The notes below the pieces were generated by a model. The model was not told the origin of the DNA and searched no databases. It saw nothing but the letters and a program-made list of their open reading frames with translations. A stretch of DNA of 64,000 bases from an uncultured Alphaproteobacteria bacterium (GTDB lineage Bacteria; Pseudomonadota; Alphaproteobacteria; Rhizobiales; Xanthobacteraceae): positions 287,472 through 351,471 of the forward strand of contig CAVUPX010000013.1 in the NCBI GenBank assembly GCA_963743405.1, written 5' to 3'. The position numbers were made by a program, and so were the translations under genes. Positions 1-9,680 of the stretch are shown here, in pieces (position 1 is the first letter of the stretch; the number at the start of each line of letters is the position of its first letter).

Positions 1-263
1 GGCTCGCCAGACCCACCGATCAATTCGACGAACACATCGATGCCAGGCTCTCGCGCTAGCGCGGCGGGATCGCTGAACCATTTCATTTTTTTGAGGTCAA
101 CGCCGCAATTCTTAGCGCGTGAACGAGCACACACCGCAACGACTTCAATAGCGCGGCCGCAGCGCGCAGCCAACGCCTCCCGCTGGCGTGCCAATTGCGC
201 CACCAGCGCGGCACCGACCGTGCCTAACCCGGCGACGCCCACTTTTAGCGATTGAGTGCGCAT
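1..263 (-). CDS. hom: homoserine dehydrogenase, N-terminal part (gene runs off the left edge)
   Basis: Not in the ORF track because there is no stop in the window. Reverse-strand translation from the ATG at 263-261 reads MRTQSLKVGVAGLGTVGAALVAQLARQREALAARCGRAIEVVAV...GIDVFVELIGGSGE. This has the Rossmann GxGxxG and the VELIGG motif typical of Hom N-termini. Confidence 0.8.
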   Translation of the reverse strand, partial: MRTQSLKVGVAGLGTVGAALVAQLARQREALAARCGRAIEVVAVCARSRAKNCGVDLKKMKWFSDPAALAREPGIDVFVELIGGSGE

Positions 264-341
264 GATTTTATCCGAAAACCGGTTTCCATTTTTTCGGGAT
301 CATGCGCTCGGGCTGGAGCCATCACGCGTGCGCGTCCGTAG

Positions 342-1559
342 TTAGCGTCGCGTCGCGAGCGGTACGACATTGTGTAACTGCTCAGGCGCATGATCGAGAA
401 AGCGCCGAACATTGCGAGCGGCTTGGCGGATGCGTTGCTCGTTTTCCACCAACGCTATTCGAACAAAGCCCTCACCATATTCACCAAAGCCGATGCCCGG
501 CGATACCGCGATGTCGGCTTTCTCCACCAGTAACTTGGAAAATTCAACGCTCCCCAAGCTCTGGAAAGGCTCGGGGATCGGCGCCCAGGCAAACATCGAG
601 GCGCTGGGCGCCGGCACACGCCAGCCCGCACGCCCGAAACTTTCCACTAGAACATCTCGCCGGCGTCTGTAGATTTCGCGCATGTCCTTGATGCAATCAT
701 CTGGTCCGTTCAGCGCGGCGGTCGCCGCCACTTGCACGGGCGTGAAAGCACCGTAATCGAGATAGGACTTCACCCGGCCCAGCGCCGCGATAATGCGTTC
801 GTTGCCGACGGCAAAACCAATTCGCCATCCAGGCATCGAGAAAGTTTTCGACATCGACGTAAATTCGAGCGCGATATCGATTGCTCCGGGCACCTGCAAC
901 AGCGAGGGCGGCGGACTGTCATCGAAATAAACTTCCGCATAAGCGAGATCAGACAGCACCAGAATCTCATGCTTCTTCGCGAACGCAATCAGGTCCTTGT
1001 AAAAATCGAGCGTCGCTACATAAGCAGTTGGATTGGCGGGGTAGCAAACCACGACTGCGGTCGGCTTCGGGATTGAATGCACGATCGCTCGCTCGAGCGT
1101 GTGAAAGAAATTCGGTGTCGGCTCCGACGGCACTGAGCGGATAGCACCACCCGCCATCAAGAAGCCGAAGGCGTGGATCGGATAGCTCGGATTTGGAACG
1201 AGCACGACGTCGCCAGGCGCAGTGATCGCTTGCGCAACGTTGGCGAAGCCCTCCTTTGAACCGAGCGTCGTAACGATCTGCGTTTCGGGATTGAGCTTCA
1301 CGCCGAAGCGGCGCTCGTAGTAGGCGGCCTGCGCGCGCCGCAAGCCGGGGATCCCGCGCGAAGCCGAATAACGGTCGGTGCGCGGCTTACCGAGGGTTTC
1401 TTTGAGCTTTTCGATCACGTGCGCGGGCGCCGGCAAATCCGGATTGCCCATGCCGAGATCGATGATATCCGCCCCCGCGTTGCGGGCTTTCGCCTTGGCC
1501 TTGTTCACCTCTTCGAAGACGTAAGGCGGCAAGCGGCGAATGCGGTAAAAGTCGTCCAT
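342..1559 (-). CDS. class I/II PLP-dependent aminotransferase (AlaC / LL-diaminopimelate aminotransferase-like)
   Basis: ORF 342..1601. MDDFYRIRRLPPYVFEEVN and the PLP-lysine motif SMSKTFSMPGWRIGF are family hallmarks. Start placed at the internal ATG 1559 where homologues begin; 1601 is the alternative. Confidence 0.85.
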   Translation of the reverse strand: MDDFYRIRRLPPYVFEEVNKAKAKARNAGADIIDLGMGNPDLPAPAHVIEKLKETLGKPRTDRYSASRGIPGLRRAQAAYYERRFGVKLNPETQIVTTLGSKEGFANVAQAITAPGDVVLVPNPSYPIHAFGFLMAGGAIRSVPSEPTPNFFHTLERAIVHSIPKPTAVVVCYPANPTAYVATLDFYKDLIAFAKKHEILVLSDLAYAEVYFDDSPPPSLLQVPGAIDIALEFTSMSKTFSMPGWRIGFAVGNERIIAALGRVKSYLDYGAFTPVQVAATAALNGPDDCIKDMREIYRRRRDVLVESFGRAGWRVPAPSASMFAWAPIPEPFQSLGSVEFSKLLVEKADIAVSPGIGFGEYGEGFVRIALVENEQRIRQAARNVRRFLDHAPEQLHNVVPLATRR

Positions 1560-1619
1560 AGGCTCAAACCCTAAAGGCCGGCTGCCCTGCCCAGCCTGCA
1601 TAATCCTGGCTGGCTTTTA

Positions 1620-1988
1620 TCACGGGTTCGGCTTGGCGCCAGCGGTCTGCCCGTTTTCGTCGTCTTTTGATGGCTTTTTAGCCGCCGGGGCGGGCTTCTT
1701 GGCCGGCGGCTTGACCTGTAGCGGGCGACCTTCCTGCTGGTCGCGCGCCCTAGCTAAGTCCTTTTCAAGCTTAACCTGTTCCTCCTCCGTCATCGGCGTC
1801 GACGGACGATCCGGTGGCATGTCGTGGACTGCCGGATAGTCATAAGGAGCCACTGGCCGCGCTGGCGCGCCCGCCGGCAAACCCAAATCGCCGGGAAGGC
1901 GGTCAATGAGCGGGCCGGGCGAGCAGCCGGCAAGCGCGACGGCGGCCCCAAAAACAGCCCAGAGTGATCGTTTGAACACGCGCACCAT
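1620..1988 (-). CDS. small proline/lysine-rich lipoprotein (hypothetical)
   Basis: ORF 1620..2045. The internal ATG at 1988 gives MVRVFKRSLWAVFGAAVALAGC with a lipobox LAGC. The rest is low-complexity P/A/K-rich. Confidence 0.55.
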   Translation of the reverse strand: MVRVFKRSLWAVFGAAVALAGCSPGPLIDRLPGDLGLPAGAPARPVAPYDYPAVHDMPPDRPSTPMTEEEQVKLEKDLARARDQQEGRPLQVKPPAKKPAPAAKKPSKDDENGQTAGAKPNP

Positions 1989-2193
1989 GCTCCGTAAGGC
2001 CGGGCCGGACGGCGAAACCGATGCAAACTCAATGAATTGTAACATAAGGCTGTTATCGGGCTAATATGGCCACAGAAAGGTCGGGCGCCGACGGCCCAAA
2101 GACAGAAGATCGGCGAAACCATGTGCTGAAACGCGGCTTGCGAGGGGGCGCGGTCCGGGCCACTTCTGTTGGCAGGATACAAGCGGGAAGCGG

Positions 2194-4005
2194 ATGGATA
2201 AGCCAACCAAAGAGCCTGCCAAGGTCGGCAACGTCGATATTGAGGCGCTCTCGCACAATTTGGCGCGCCTGATCGAGGAAGGTGGCAAAGCACTTGCTGC
2301 CTATTTGAAGCCGCGCGAGGAAGGCAAAATTAAAGGTGATCTCGCCGACGATCTTACTGACGCGGTCAAATCAGTCGGTCGTGTCGCGGAATACTGGATG
2401 TCCGATCCTGCCCGCGCGCTTGAGGTGCAGGCCAGTCTCGGCCGTGCCTATCTCGATCTTTGGGCCAGCACCGTTAAGCGTATGGCTGGCGAGCACACGG
2501 CTCCGGTTGCTGCTCCTGACCCGAAGGACAAGCGTTTTGCCGATCCGGATTGGTCACAGAACCAGTTCTTCGATTTCCTGAAACAGGCCTATCTGCTCAC
2601 CGCACAGTGGGGCGACCGACTGGTCAAGGACGCCAGCGGTGTCGATGATCATACCCGCAAGAAAGCCGAGTTTTACGTCAAGCAAATCGCCAATGCGATC
2701 TCACCATCGAACTTCGTACTCACGAACCCGGAACTGCTACGGGAAACGCTGTCCTCTAACGGCGCAAATCTCGTGCGCGGCATGCACATGCTGTCGGAGG
2801 ATATTCAGGCCGGCCACGGCAACCTCAAGATTCGCCAATCCGACCCGTCAGTGTTCGACGTCGGCCGTAATCTCGCGCTCACACCCGGCAAAGTCGTTTT
2901 CCAGAATCAACTGATACAATTGATTCAGTACGAAGCAACAACGAAAGAGGTGTTGAAGATTCCGTTGCTAATCGTGCCGCCTTGGATCAACAAATTCTAC
3001 ATTCTCGATCTCACGCCGGAAAAATCGTTCATCAAATGGTGCGTCGACCAAGGCATTACTGTTTTCGTTGTTTCGTGGGTCAATCCTACAGCCAAGCTCG
3101 CCGCAAAAAGTTTTGAAGAATACATGCGGGAGGGCGTGATTGCTGCGCTCGACGCGGTGGAGGCCGCAACTGGCGAAAGACAGGTCAATTCGATTGGCTA
3201 TTGCGTTGGCGGCACGTTGTTGTCGATCACCCTCGCCTACCTCGCGGCGAAAAAACAAGACCGCGTGAAGTCGGCGACGTTATTTGCGGCGCAGGTCGAC
3301 TTTAAATACGCCGGTGACCTGATGGTGTTTGTCGACGAGGAACGCGTCAAACAGCTCGAGTCGCACATGAAAGAGCAAGGCTATCTCGAGGCCTCGCGCA
3401 TGGCGAATACGTTCAACATGCTGCGCTCAAACGATTTGATCTGGCCCTACATTGTCAACAACTACATGCGAGGCAAGACACCGCTGCCGTTCGATATCCT
3501 GTATTGGAATTCCGATGCCACGCGCATGCCAGCAGCCAATCACTCGTTTTATTTGCGCAATTGCTATCTCGACAACAAATTGACCCAGGGCGAAATGACA
3601 ATCGCGGGGACTACGCTTGACCTGCATAAGGTGACGGTCCCGGTCTATAATCTCGCAACAAGAGAAGACCATATCGCACCTGCCAAATCGGTCCTCACAG
3701 GCTCGCAATTTTTTGGCGGCCCGGTGAAATATGTGCTTGCCGGCTCGGGCCACATCGCCGGCGTGATCAATCCGCCGAACAAACCGAAGTACCAATACTG
3801 GACGGGAGACAAACCGAGCGGATCGAGCGTCGAAACATGGATGAAGAATGCAACTGAGCACGCTGGCTCGTGGTGGCCCGATTGGGTCGAATGGCTCAGG
3901 GGGCAAGGAGCCGAAATGGTACCTGCGCGCAAAATCGGCGCTGGCAAATTAAAGGCGATCGAGGACGCGCCAGGCTCGTACGTTAAAGTGAAAAGCTGGG
4001 CCTGA
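2194..4005 (+). CDS. phaC: class I poly(3-hydroxyalkanoate) synthase
   Basis: 603-aa ORF with the lipase box GYCVGG and the typical PhaC N-terminal region and alpha/beta core ([13 protein letters not shown]). Confidence 0.95.
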   Translation: MDKPTKEPAKVGNVDIEALSHNLARLIEEGGKALAAYLKPREEGKIKGDLADDLTDAVKSVGRVAEYWMSDPARALEVQASLGRAYLDLWASTVKRMAGEHTAPVAAPDPKDKRFADPDWSQNQFFDFLKQAYLLTAQWGDRLVKDASGVDDHTRKKAEFYVKQIANAISPSNFVLTNPELLRETLSSNGANLVRGMHMLSEDIQAGHGNLKIRQSDPSVFDVGRNLALTPGKVVFQNQLIQLIQYEATTKEVLKIPLLIVPPWINKFYILDLTPEKSFIKWCVDQGITVFVVSWVNPTAKLAAKSFEEYMREGVIAALDAVEAATGERQVNSIGYCVGGTLLSITLAYLAAKKQDRVKSATLFAAQVDFKYAGDLMVFVDEERVKQLESHMKEQGYLEASRMANTFNMLRSNDLIWPYIVNNYMRGKTPLPFDILYWNSDATRMPAANHSFYLRNCYLDNKLTQGEMTIAGTTLDLHKVTVPVYNLATREDHIAPAKSVLTGSQFFGGPVKYVLAGSGHIAGVINPPNKPKYQYWTGDKPSGSSVETWMKNATEHAGSWWPDWVEWLRGQGAEMVPARKIGAGKLKAIEDAPGSYVKVKSWA

Positions 4006-4249
4006 CCTCGCGTTCCGCGGCCAACTTCACCGGCTCCCTCAAATACTGCACACCATTGACGTCGGCAGGTGGAAAATGGCCGGTACGAATATTGACCTGG
4101 ATCGCGGGCAACAGGCGCAGCAGGTTGCCGGGTGTGCCAACGCACGTCGCGGCCAGGCGCCTTGTGTGACAATAAACGGCGGGCGCGACAATGGCCACCG
4201 CATCGCTTATGCTTAGCGCCTTGTGCAGCATCAAGAGACGGGGAGCGCG

Positions 4250-4648
4250 ATGTCCAAGGAACTGTTGTGGCTGACGCTGACGGTCATCCTGACGGGCCTG
4301 ATGTGGGTGCCTTACATTCTCGATCGCATCATGGTGCGCGGGATGATGGGGGCAATGGCCAACCCGTCACGCAATGACAAGCCGCAGTCAGCGTGGGCCC
4401 AGCGGCTCTATTTCGCTCACACCAACGCGGTCGAAAACCTGATTATTTTTGCCACCCTGGTGCTGATCCTCGACGCACAAGGCCATTCGACCGAACGTAC
4501 CGTAATCGCGTGCGCGGTCTATTTCTGGGCGCGGCTGGCACATGTCATCGTTTATACGATGGGCGTGCCGGTTCTGCGCACTCTGGCATTCGCTGTCGGC
4601 TTTGTCGCGCAGGCGACACTCGTTCTTGCGGTGTTCGGAAGACTTTAA
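4250..4648 (+). CDS. MAPEG-family membrane protein
   Basis: ORF 4223..4648. The ATG at 4250 is preceded by GACGGGGAG. About 130 aa with four hydrophobic segments; MSKELLWLTLTVILTGLMWVPYILDRI resembles bacterial MAPEG proteins. Confidence 0.7.
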   Translation: MSKELLWLTLTVILTGLMWVPYILDRIMVRGMMGAMANPSRNDKPQSAWAQRLYFAHTNAVENLIIFATLVLILDAQGHSTERTVIACAVYFWARLAHVIVYTMGVPVLRTLAFAVGFVAQATLVLAVFGRL

Positions 4649-6258
4649 ATCGCTGGTGCTGAACGCTCAGCAATGCCCTTCAAATCAACTCCGCGCGGCA
4701 ATAGACCGAACGCGGAGCCAGTCTCGCCATCCAGCCGCGAGATGTAAAAGGCGTCGGCGACCATCGACGGCGCGTACTCGACCAACAGAGCGGCCTGGAG
4801 TGCAAGCACCAAATCTCGCACAAGCACACGCGCCTGAGACTCATCAGCGCGATCACGCGCGACAAGCCGCTTTCGCAGTCGATCGGTAAAGCGACTAAGC
4901 CGCGTATCTTTGCCGTCGCCGAGCTCGCCCAGAAGCATCTCGGCAGCATTCGGCGTGCGTTCTATCGCACGCAATACATCGAGGCACATGATATTGCCAG
5001 AGCCTTCCCAGATCGAATTTACCGGCGCCTCGCGATAGAGACGTGGCATGATGCATTCCTCGATGTAGCCAGATCCGCCAAGCACCTCCATCGCCTCGTA
5101 CGTCACGAACGGTGTTCGTTTGCAGATCCAGAATTTTGCCGCCGGCGTCACGACACGACGGAGCACCTGTGCGGCTTCGTTGTCCTCATCGTAAGCACGC
5201 GCGAGCCGCATCGCGAGCACGATCGCAGCTTCCGATTCTAACGCCAGATCGGCGAGCACGTTTGTCATCAGCGGCTGGTCGATCAACTTCTTCTGGAATG
5301 CAGTGCGATGGCGAGCGTGATGAATCGCTTGTGCCACTGCTTGTCGCATCAATGCCGACGAGCCAATGCAGCAATCGAGCCGAGTGTAATTGCCCATCTC
5401 GATAATGGTCGGAATGCCGCGCCCCTCCTCGCCAATGAGTTGCGCATAGGCTCCGTGGAATTCCACCTCACTCGATGCATTCGAGCGATTGCCGAGCTTG
5501 TCCTTCAGTCGCAGGATTTGCATGGCGTTACGCTCGCCCTCCGGCGTCCAGCGCGGCATCAAAAAGCAACTCAAGCCTTTTGGCGATTGCGCAAGAACCA
5601 GAAACGCGTCGCACATCGGCGCCGACATGAACCATTTGTGGCCAAATAAGCGAAAGGCTCCATCGCCGGAGGGCTCAGCCCTTGTCGTATTCATGCGCAG
5701 GTCTGAGCCGCCCTGGTTTTCGGTCATGCCCATGCCGATGAGTGTCGCGGTTTTCAGGCGCGGCGGGCAAAATCGGCGGTCATATTCCCGCGAGAAAATC
5801 CGTGGCAACCACTCCGCAGCAATTGCCGGTGTGTGACGCAAAGAGGGCACAGAGCCGTACGTCATCGCGACCGGGCAATAGACCCCGCTTTCGATCTGTC
5901 CCAGCATGTAGGTGCCCGCAGCGCGCGCCACATGTGCGCCTGGTTTCGGCTCCGCCCACGGGCTCGAATGCAGACCCGCTTTGAGCGCTATGCCGAGCAG
6001 TTCGTGCCACGCGGGGTGAAACTCGACCTCGTCGAGGCGATGACCGTAACGGTCGAGCGTGCGCAATTGCGGCGGAAATTTATTGGCGTCGAAGCCAAGT
6101 TGGACGGTTTCAGGTTTGCCGAATGTTGCGCCAAGCGCGCTGAGTTCGCCTTGCGCCCAGCCGGCGCCTTCGCGTTTCACCGTCTCACGCAAAACGACGT
6201 CGCTCGCGAACAGATTGTAGGGCTCGAGCGGCGGGGGCTGGTTCTGGACCTCAAACAT
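4645..6258 (-). CDS. AidB-like acyl-CoA dehydrogenase
   Basis: ORF 4645..6288 with full-length similarity to AidB-type ACADs (NQPPPLEPYNLF..., RLDEVEFHPAWHEL, GMTENQGGSD). The ATG at 6258 has GGAGG 8 nt upstream; 6288 is the alternative start. Confidence 0.85.
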   Translation of the reverse strand: MFEVQNQPPPLEPYNLFASDVVLRETVKREGAGWAQGELSALGATFGKPETVQLGFDANKFPPQLRTLDRYGHRLDEVEFHPAWHELLGIALKAGLHSSPWAEPKPGAHVARAAGTYMLGQIESGVYCPVAMTYGSVPSLRHTPAIAAEWLPRIFSREYDRRFCPPRLKTATLIGMGMTENQGGSDLRMNTTRAEPSGDGAFRLFGHKWFMSAPMCDAFLVLAQSPKGLSCFLMPRWTPEGERNAMQILRLKDKLGNRSNASSEVEFHGAYAQLIGEEGRGIPTIIEMGNYTRLDCCIGSSALMRQAVAQAIHHARHRTAFQKKLIDQPLMTNVLADLALESEAAIVLAMRLARAYDEDNEAAQVLRRVVTPAAKFWICKRTPFVTYEAMEVLGGSGYIEECIMPRLYREAPVNSIWEGSGNIMCLDVLRAIERTPNAAEMLLGELGDGKDTRLSRFTDRLRKRLVARDRADESQARVLVRDLVLALQAALLVEYAPSMVADAFYISRLDGETGSAFGLLPRGVDLKGIAERSAPAI

Positions 6259-6301
6259 GGTCGTGGCCTCCGGCAAGGACGTTGCCATTGTACCAGTCGA
6301 A

Positions 6302-7360
6302 TTAGGGGAACAGCGCGACCTGTTCCAGGCCCATCGTCTCCGGCCACCCCATTACCAAATTCATGTTTTGGATTGCCTGACCCGAAGCGCCCTTGACCAG
6401 GTTGTCGAGCGCCGAGACCAGGATGGCGCGCCCGGGAATCCTATCCTTGGCGACGCCAATAAAGGTCATGTTGGACCCCCGCACATGGCGGGTCTGCGGC
6501 GTTTCGCCAAAAGGCAAAACATGCACGAATGGTTCCCTCATGTACGCCTTTAAAAGTATCGCATGAAGGTCTTCCGGCGTCCGACCTCGCCTACCTCGCG
6601 CGTAAATCGTCGAGAGGATGCCCCGGTTCATTGGCACCAGATGTGGGGTGAAAGTGACAACCACCTCTCGCCCAGCCGCGAGCGAGAACTCCTGGTCCAG
6701 TTCGGCCATGTGCCGATGATGCCCCACGCCATAGGCATTGAAGCCTTCTGACACCTCTGAAAACAGCATGGCCTCTTTCGCCGTGCGCCCTGCTCCCGTC
6801 ATTCCCGATTTGGCGTCAACGACAATCTCATCCAGTTCGATCGCCTTGTTCTTGATCAAAGGAATGAGCGGAAGCTGCGCGCACGTAGTGTAGCAGCCCG
6901 GGTTGGCGACCAGCCTCGCGTTGCGGATCTCGCGCCGATGAATTTCGGTGAGGCCATAGACCGCCTCCTTCTGCAGCTCGGGCGCATGGTGCTCGTGGCC
7001 GTACCACTTCGCGTAAGCAGCGGTGTCTGCCAAACGAAAGTCGGCTGAGAGATCGACGACCTTGGTTGCCGGCGATTTCGCCAGGAGCTCTTTCAGCACC
7101 TTCTGCGTGGTCGCATGCGGCAAGGCGCAGAACGCGACATCAAGAGCCGCGCTGCTCCAATCAATTCCATCGACCGCGACAAGTTGCGGCAATGCGAACG
7201 GCGAAAACTGCGGAAACACGTCACGCATCGCCTTGCCCGCGCTGCGTTCCGCGGTCAACAGCACGATGTCCGCGCGCGGATGGCGCAGCAGCAAGCGCAC
7301 AAGCTCGCCCCCGGTGTAACCCGAGGCACCCAATACGCCGATCTTCGCTTTCGTGGCCAT
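6302..7360 (-). CDS. argC: N-acetyl-gamma-glutamyl-phosphate reductase
   Basis: 352 aa with N-terminal GASGYTGGEL and the catalytic-Cys motif ANPGCYTT. Confidence 0.95.
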   Translation of the reverse strand: MATKAKIGVLGASGYTGGELVRLLLRHPRADIVLLTAERSAGKAMRDVFPQFSPFALPQLVAVDGIDWSSAALDVAFCALPHATTQKVLKELLAKSPATKVVDLSADFRLADTAAYAKWYGHEHHAPELQKEAVYGLTEIHRREIRNARLVANPGCYTTCAQLPLIPLIKNKAIELDEIVVDAKSGMTGAGRTAKEAMLFSEVSEGFNAYGVGHHRHMAELDQEFSLAAGREVVVTFTPHLVPMNRGILSTIYARGRRGRTPEDLHAILLKAYMREPFVHVLPFGETPQTRHVRGSNMTFIGVAKDRIPGRAILVSALDNLVKGASGQAIQNMNLVMGWPETMGLEQVALFP

Positions 7361-7964
7361 GAATTGATCCTTATCCAGAAGTCTTAAAGAACTACCGGAA
7401 GAAGGCCAACAGCGCGGTTTTTACTGGGGACATGTGCCGCGGCCTGAAATCCGGCGGCACGGGTGACGACAAAGCTACGCCCGTGCCTCGGTGGCACGGC
7501 GGCGGCGGAGCCCTTTTGCTGCAACGAGCGTCGTCATGGCCGGGCATATAAGCCGCACGCCCTGCTCCGTCAACATGATGCCAGCAACCGCTCCGGCACA
7601 ATCATCGCGCGCGCGCCTTCCACTAGGGCGGCGGGCCAGGAACGGCCAAGCCGCTCACTCCAAGACAACAAAGGAATGACCAAACGATGGACTTCACCAT
7701 CATCGTATCGCCGCGACGTGCCCGAGACAAAAGCGCCGCTCCTAGCGCTTCGACGCAACAGATATGGCCCCACACCCAATCTCAAAAACGGGGACAAAGC
7801 CCGCAGCTTGCTGCTCGGCCAAGTGCTCATGTTTTCGCGGGCGCACCGCGCCCATTGTCTCTAGTAGGCGACGGGAGAAATCCACTTTGCTATGGTTTCT
7901 CTCATTGCCCTGGGCTATTTCGATTAGGGCGGGAAGCAACAGAAACCCAACGCGGGAGGAATAC

Positions 7965-8468
7965 ATGGGTCGTTTGTCGTTAATTGGGATAGCAACAATA
8001 GCTGTTCTACTCTTTGGAACCGCCGTCCAGGCGCAGCAACAACAGCCATCGACACCACCGCCGCCACCCAGCTATGGTGCACCAATTACGCTAGAACAGG
8101 CAAAAGACGCGATTGCCGCCGCCACGGCCGAAAGTAAGAAGAACGGCTGGAATCATGTTTTCGCAGTCGTTGACGGTGGTGGTAATCTTATCGCCTTTGA
8201 AAAATCCGACCTCGCTGGCAATGCCTCTATCAACATAGCTGAGGCCAAAGCGAGATCCTCAGCGACGTTTCGGGTGCCCACCAAAGTTTATCAAGATCGC
8301 CTCGCAGCAGGAGAAACTTTCATATTGGGCTTGCCTGGAATGGTACCGGCGGCTGGCGGAGTGCCAATCGTTTTCAATGGCAAAATTATTGGCGCTATCG
8401 GCGTAAGCGGCGCGGCGCCGTTACAGGACCATCAATCTGGAGTAGCCGGTGCCGCCGCTGTAAAGTGA
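7965..8468 (+). CDS. secreted GlcG/HbpS-like (DUF336) haem-binding/degrading family protein
   Basis: ORF 7764..8468. The ATG at 7965 is preceded by GGGAGGA. It has a signal peptide (MGRLSLIGIATIAVLLFGTAVQA), and the AVVDGGGNLIAFEKSD and GGVPI...GAIGVSGA motifs are typical of GlcG/DUF336. Confidence 0.8.
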   Translation: MGRLSLIGIATIAVLLFGTAVQAQQQQPSTPPPPPSYGAPITLEQAKDAIAAATAESKKNGWNHVFAVVDGGGNLIAFEKSDLAGNASINIAEAKARSSATFRVPTKVYQDRLAAGETFILGLPGMVPAAGGVPIVFNGKIIGAIGVSGAAPLQDHQSGVAGAAAVK

Positions 8469-8559
8469 CAAGCAAGGCGAAACTCTATTTCACCGCACAT
8501 GAAAAGAGGCCGCCTATTGAGGCGACCTCGGTTCGCAAAACACTACGGCGCTGGTGCTG

Positions 8560-9246
8560 CTACTGCCCAAAGCTGATCATGTCGGTGCGCGTGAGCGTTA
8601 TCTTCGAAGATACGACCGGCGCGCTGGTCAGAATGTAAGCCACCGCTTGTTCGTCAAAGACGATCTGCCCATTCCCGGACATTCCATCCACAGGCACCAC
8701 AACATTAAACCCTCGCAGCGAGGCGGCACTCGAAGTGTAAAGTATCGCGCCATGAGTAGCGGTCCCGACGGCTATTACAGTCGTAATGCCTTTATCCTTA
8801 AGTATCTTTTCAAGACCAGTGTCTTTGTCTCGTAGTATGAATTTATCGACAAAAGACACGATCACAGGCTCGTCGCCCTTGGGGGCAACAGCAGGAAGCG
8901 TGTCGCCGATTACCGGAACAGGGATGTTGGGGCCAAGGCCAGGGATCATTGTGTAGATAACCGTCACACCCTTTTCTCGTGCGGCAGAAAGAAGCTTTTG
9001 AATTTTCGGCAGGGAAGCAACACAGCGCGGTCGATTTTGTTCGTTACAAAGTTGCTTGATAAGATCCATTACCAACAGTGCGGTAGTTTTAGGATCTAAA
9101 GTAACGGGCTTCAGTGCAGGCGCTGGCGGGACCTTGATGCTGGCCCAGTCGTCAATCACTGTTTGCGCCGTCCCTGACGATGCGCCAAAAACGGCAAGAC
9201 CAACCATAAGAGACGCTAACCGCAATGCCCGAGTGATCTGGTTCAT
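8560..9246 (-). CDS. secreted isochorismatase-fold (cysteine-hydrolase superfamily) protein lacking the nucleophile Cys
   Basis: 228 aa with RBS GGGAGG and signal peptide MNQITRALRLASLMVGLAVFGASSGTAQ. The fold motifs are TALLVMD (Asp), VDKF (Lys) and GITTVIAVGTATHGAILYT, where the usual GxxTxxCV Cys reads Ala. Confidence 0.75.
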   Translation of the reverse strand: MNQITRALRLASLMVGLAVFGASSGTAQTVIDDWASIKVPPAPALKPVTLDPKTTALLVMDLIKQLCNEQNRPRCVASLPKIQKLLSAAREKGVTVIYTMIPGLGPNIPVPVIGDTLPAVAPKGDEPVIVSFVDKFILRDKDTGLEKILKDKGITTVIAVGTATHGAILYTSSAASLRGFNVVVPVDGMSGNGQIVFDEQAVAYILTSAPVVSSKITLTRTDMISFGQ

Positions 9247-9642
9247 TCATTCCTCCCAGTTTTGTTAAGTAGCCAATTCGATTTGTCGCAGCTTAATAGA
9301 CCTAAGCGTACGCCTGATAAGCCGCAAAGCTCCCAAATAAAAACAAGCGGGATTGTACCTTGAATTGATAGCAGTGCCAGAAGAACGTTTTAACTCAAGA
9401 CCTTATTCCATGTAAGCCGCGCCTGTGTGCTGCGTGGTCGTCCCCCTCTTTCATTTTAGACGTGCCGACGGTGCGCCCCAACCGTAGGTTTAAAAAAGGC
9501 CCTAAAGTCGCCTGCGAGTGCTTATTGCGTTGTGCCCAACGAGCAAGGTTTTATGGTCGCCGTGCCCGATCTGGTCAAAGGTGAGATCCGCCTCATCCAG
9601 CTCAGCAGGTTTTAGATAAAACAGCTGAGTGATATCGAATAT

Positions 9643-9673
9643 CCGCCGGGGAAAGTATCCCGGCGGATTTTTT
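9643..9673 (+). terminator. intrinsic terminator oriented on the plus strand (possibly bidirectional, also just downstream of dedA)
   Basis: CCGCCGGG (9643-9650) pairs with CCCGGCGG (9659-9666) across an 8-nt loop and is followed by A-TTTTTT (9668-9673). On the minus strand the hairpin is followed only by AUAUUCGAUAU. Confidence 0.6.
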
Positions 9674-9680
9674 CTGACCG

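Noticed and set aside
3983-4234. 83-codon minus-strand ORF between phaC and the MAPEG gene with fairly coding-like third-position GC (roughly 70% by hand count)
   Set aside because: It has no RBS before its ATG (4231), overlaps the phaC 3' end, and I recognise no family. It is possibly a gene fragment but there is too little support to call it.
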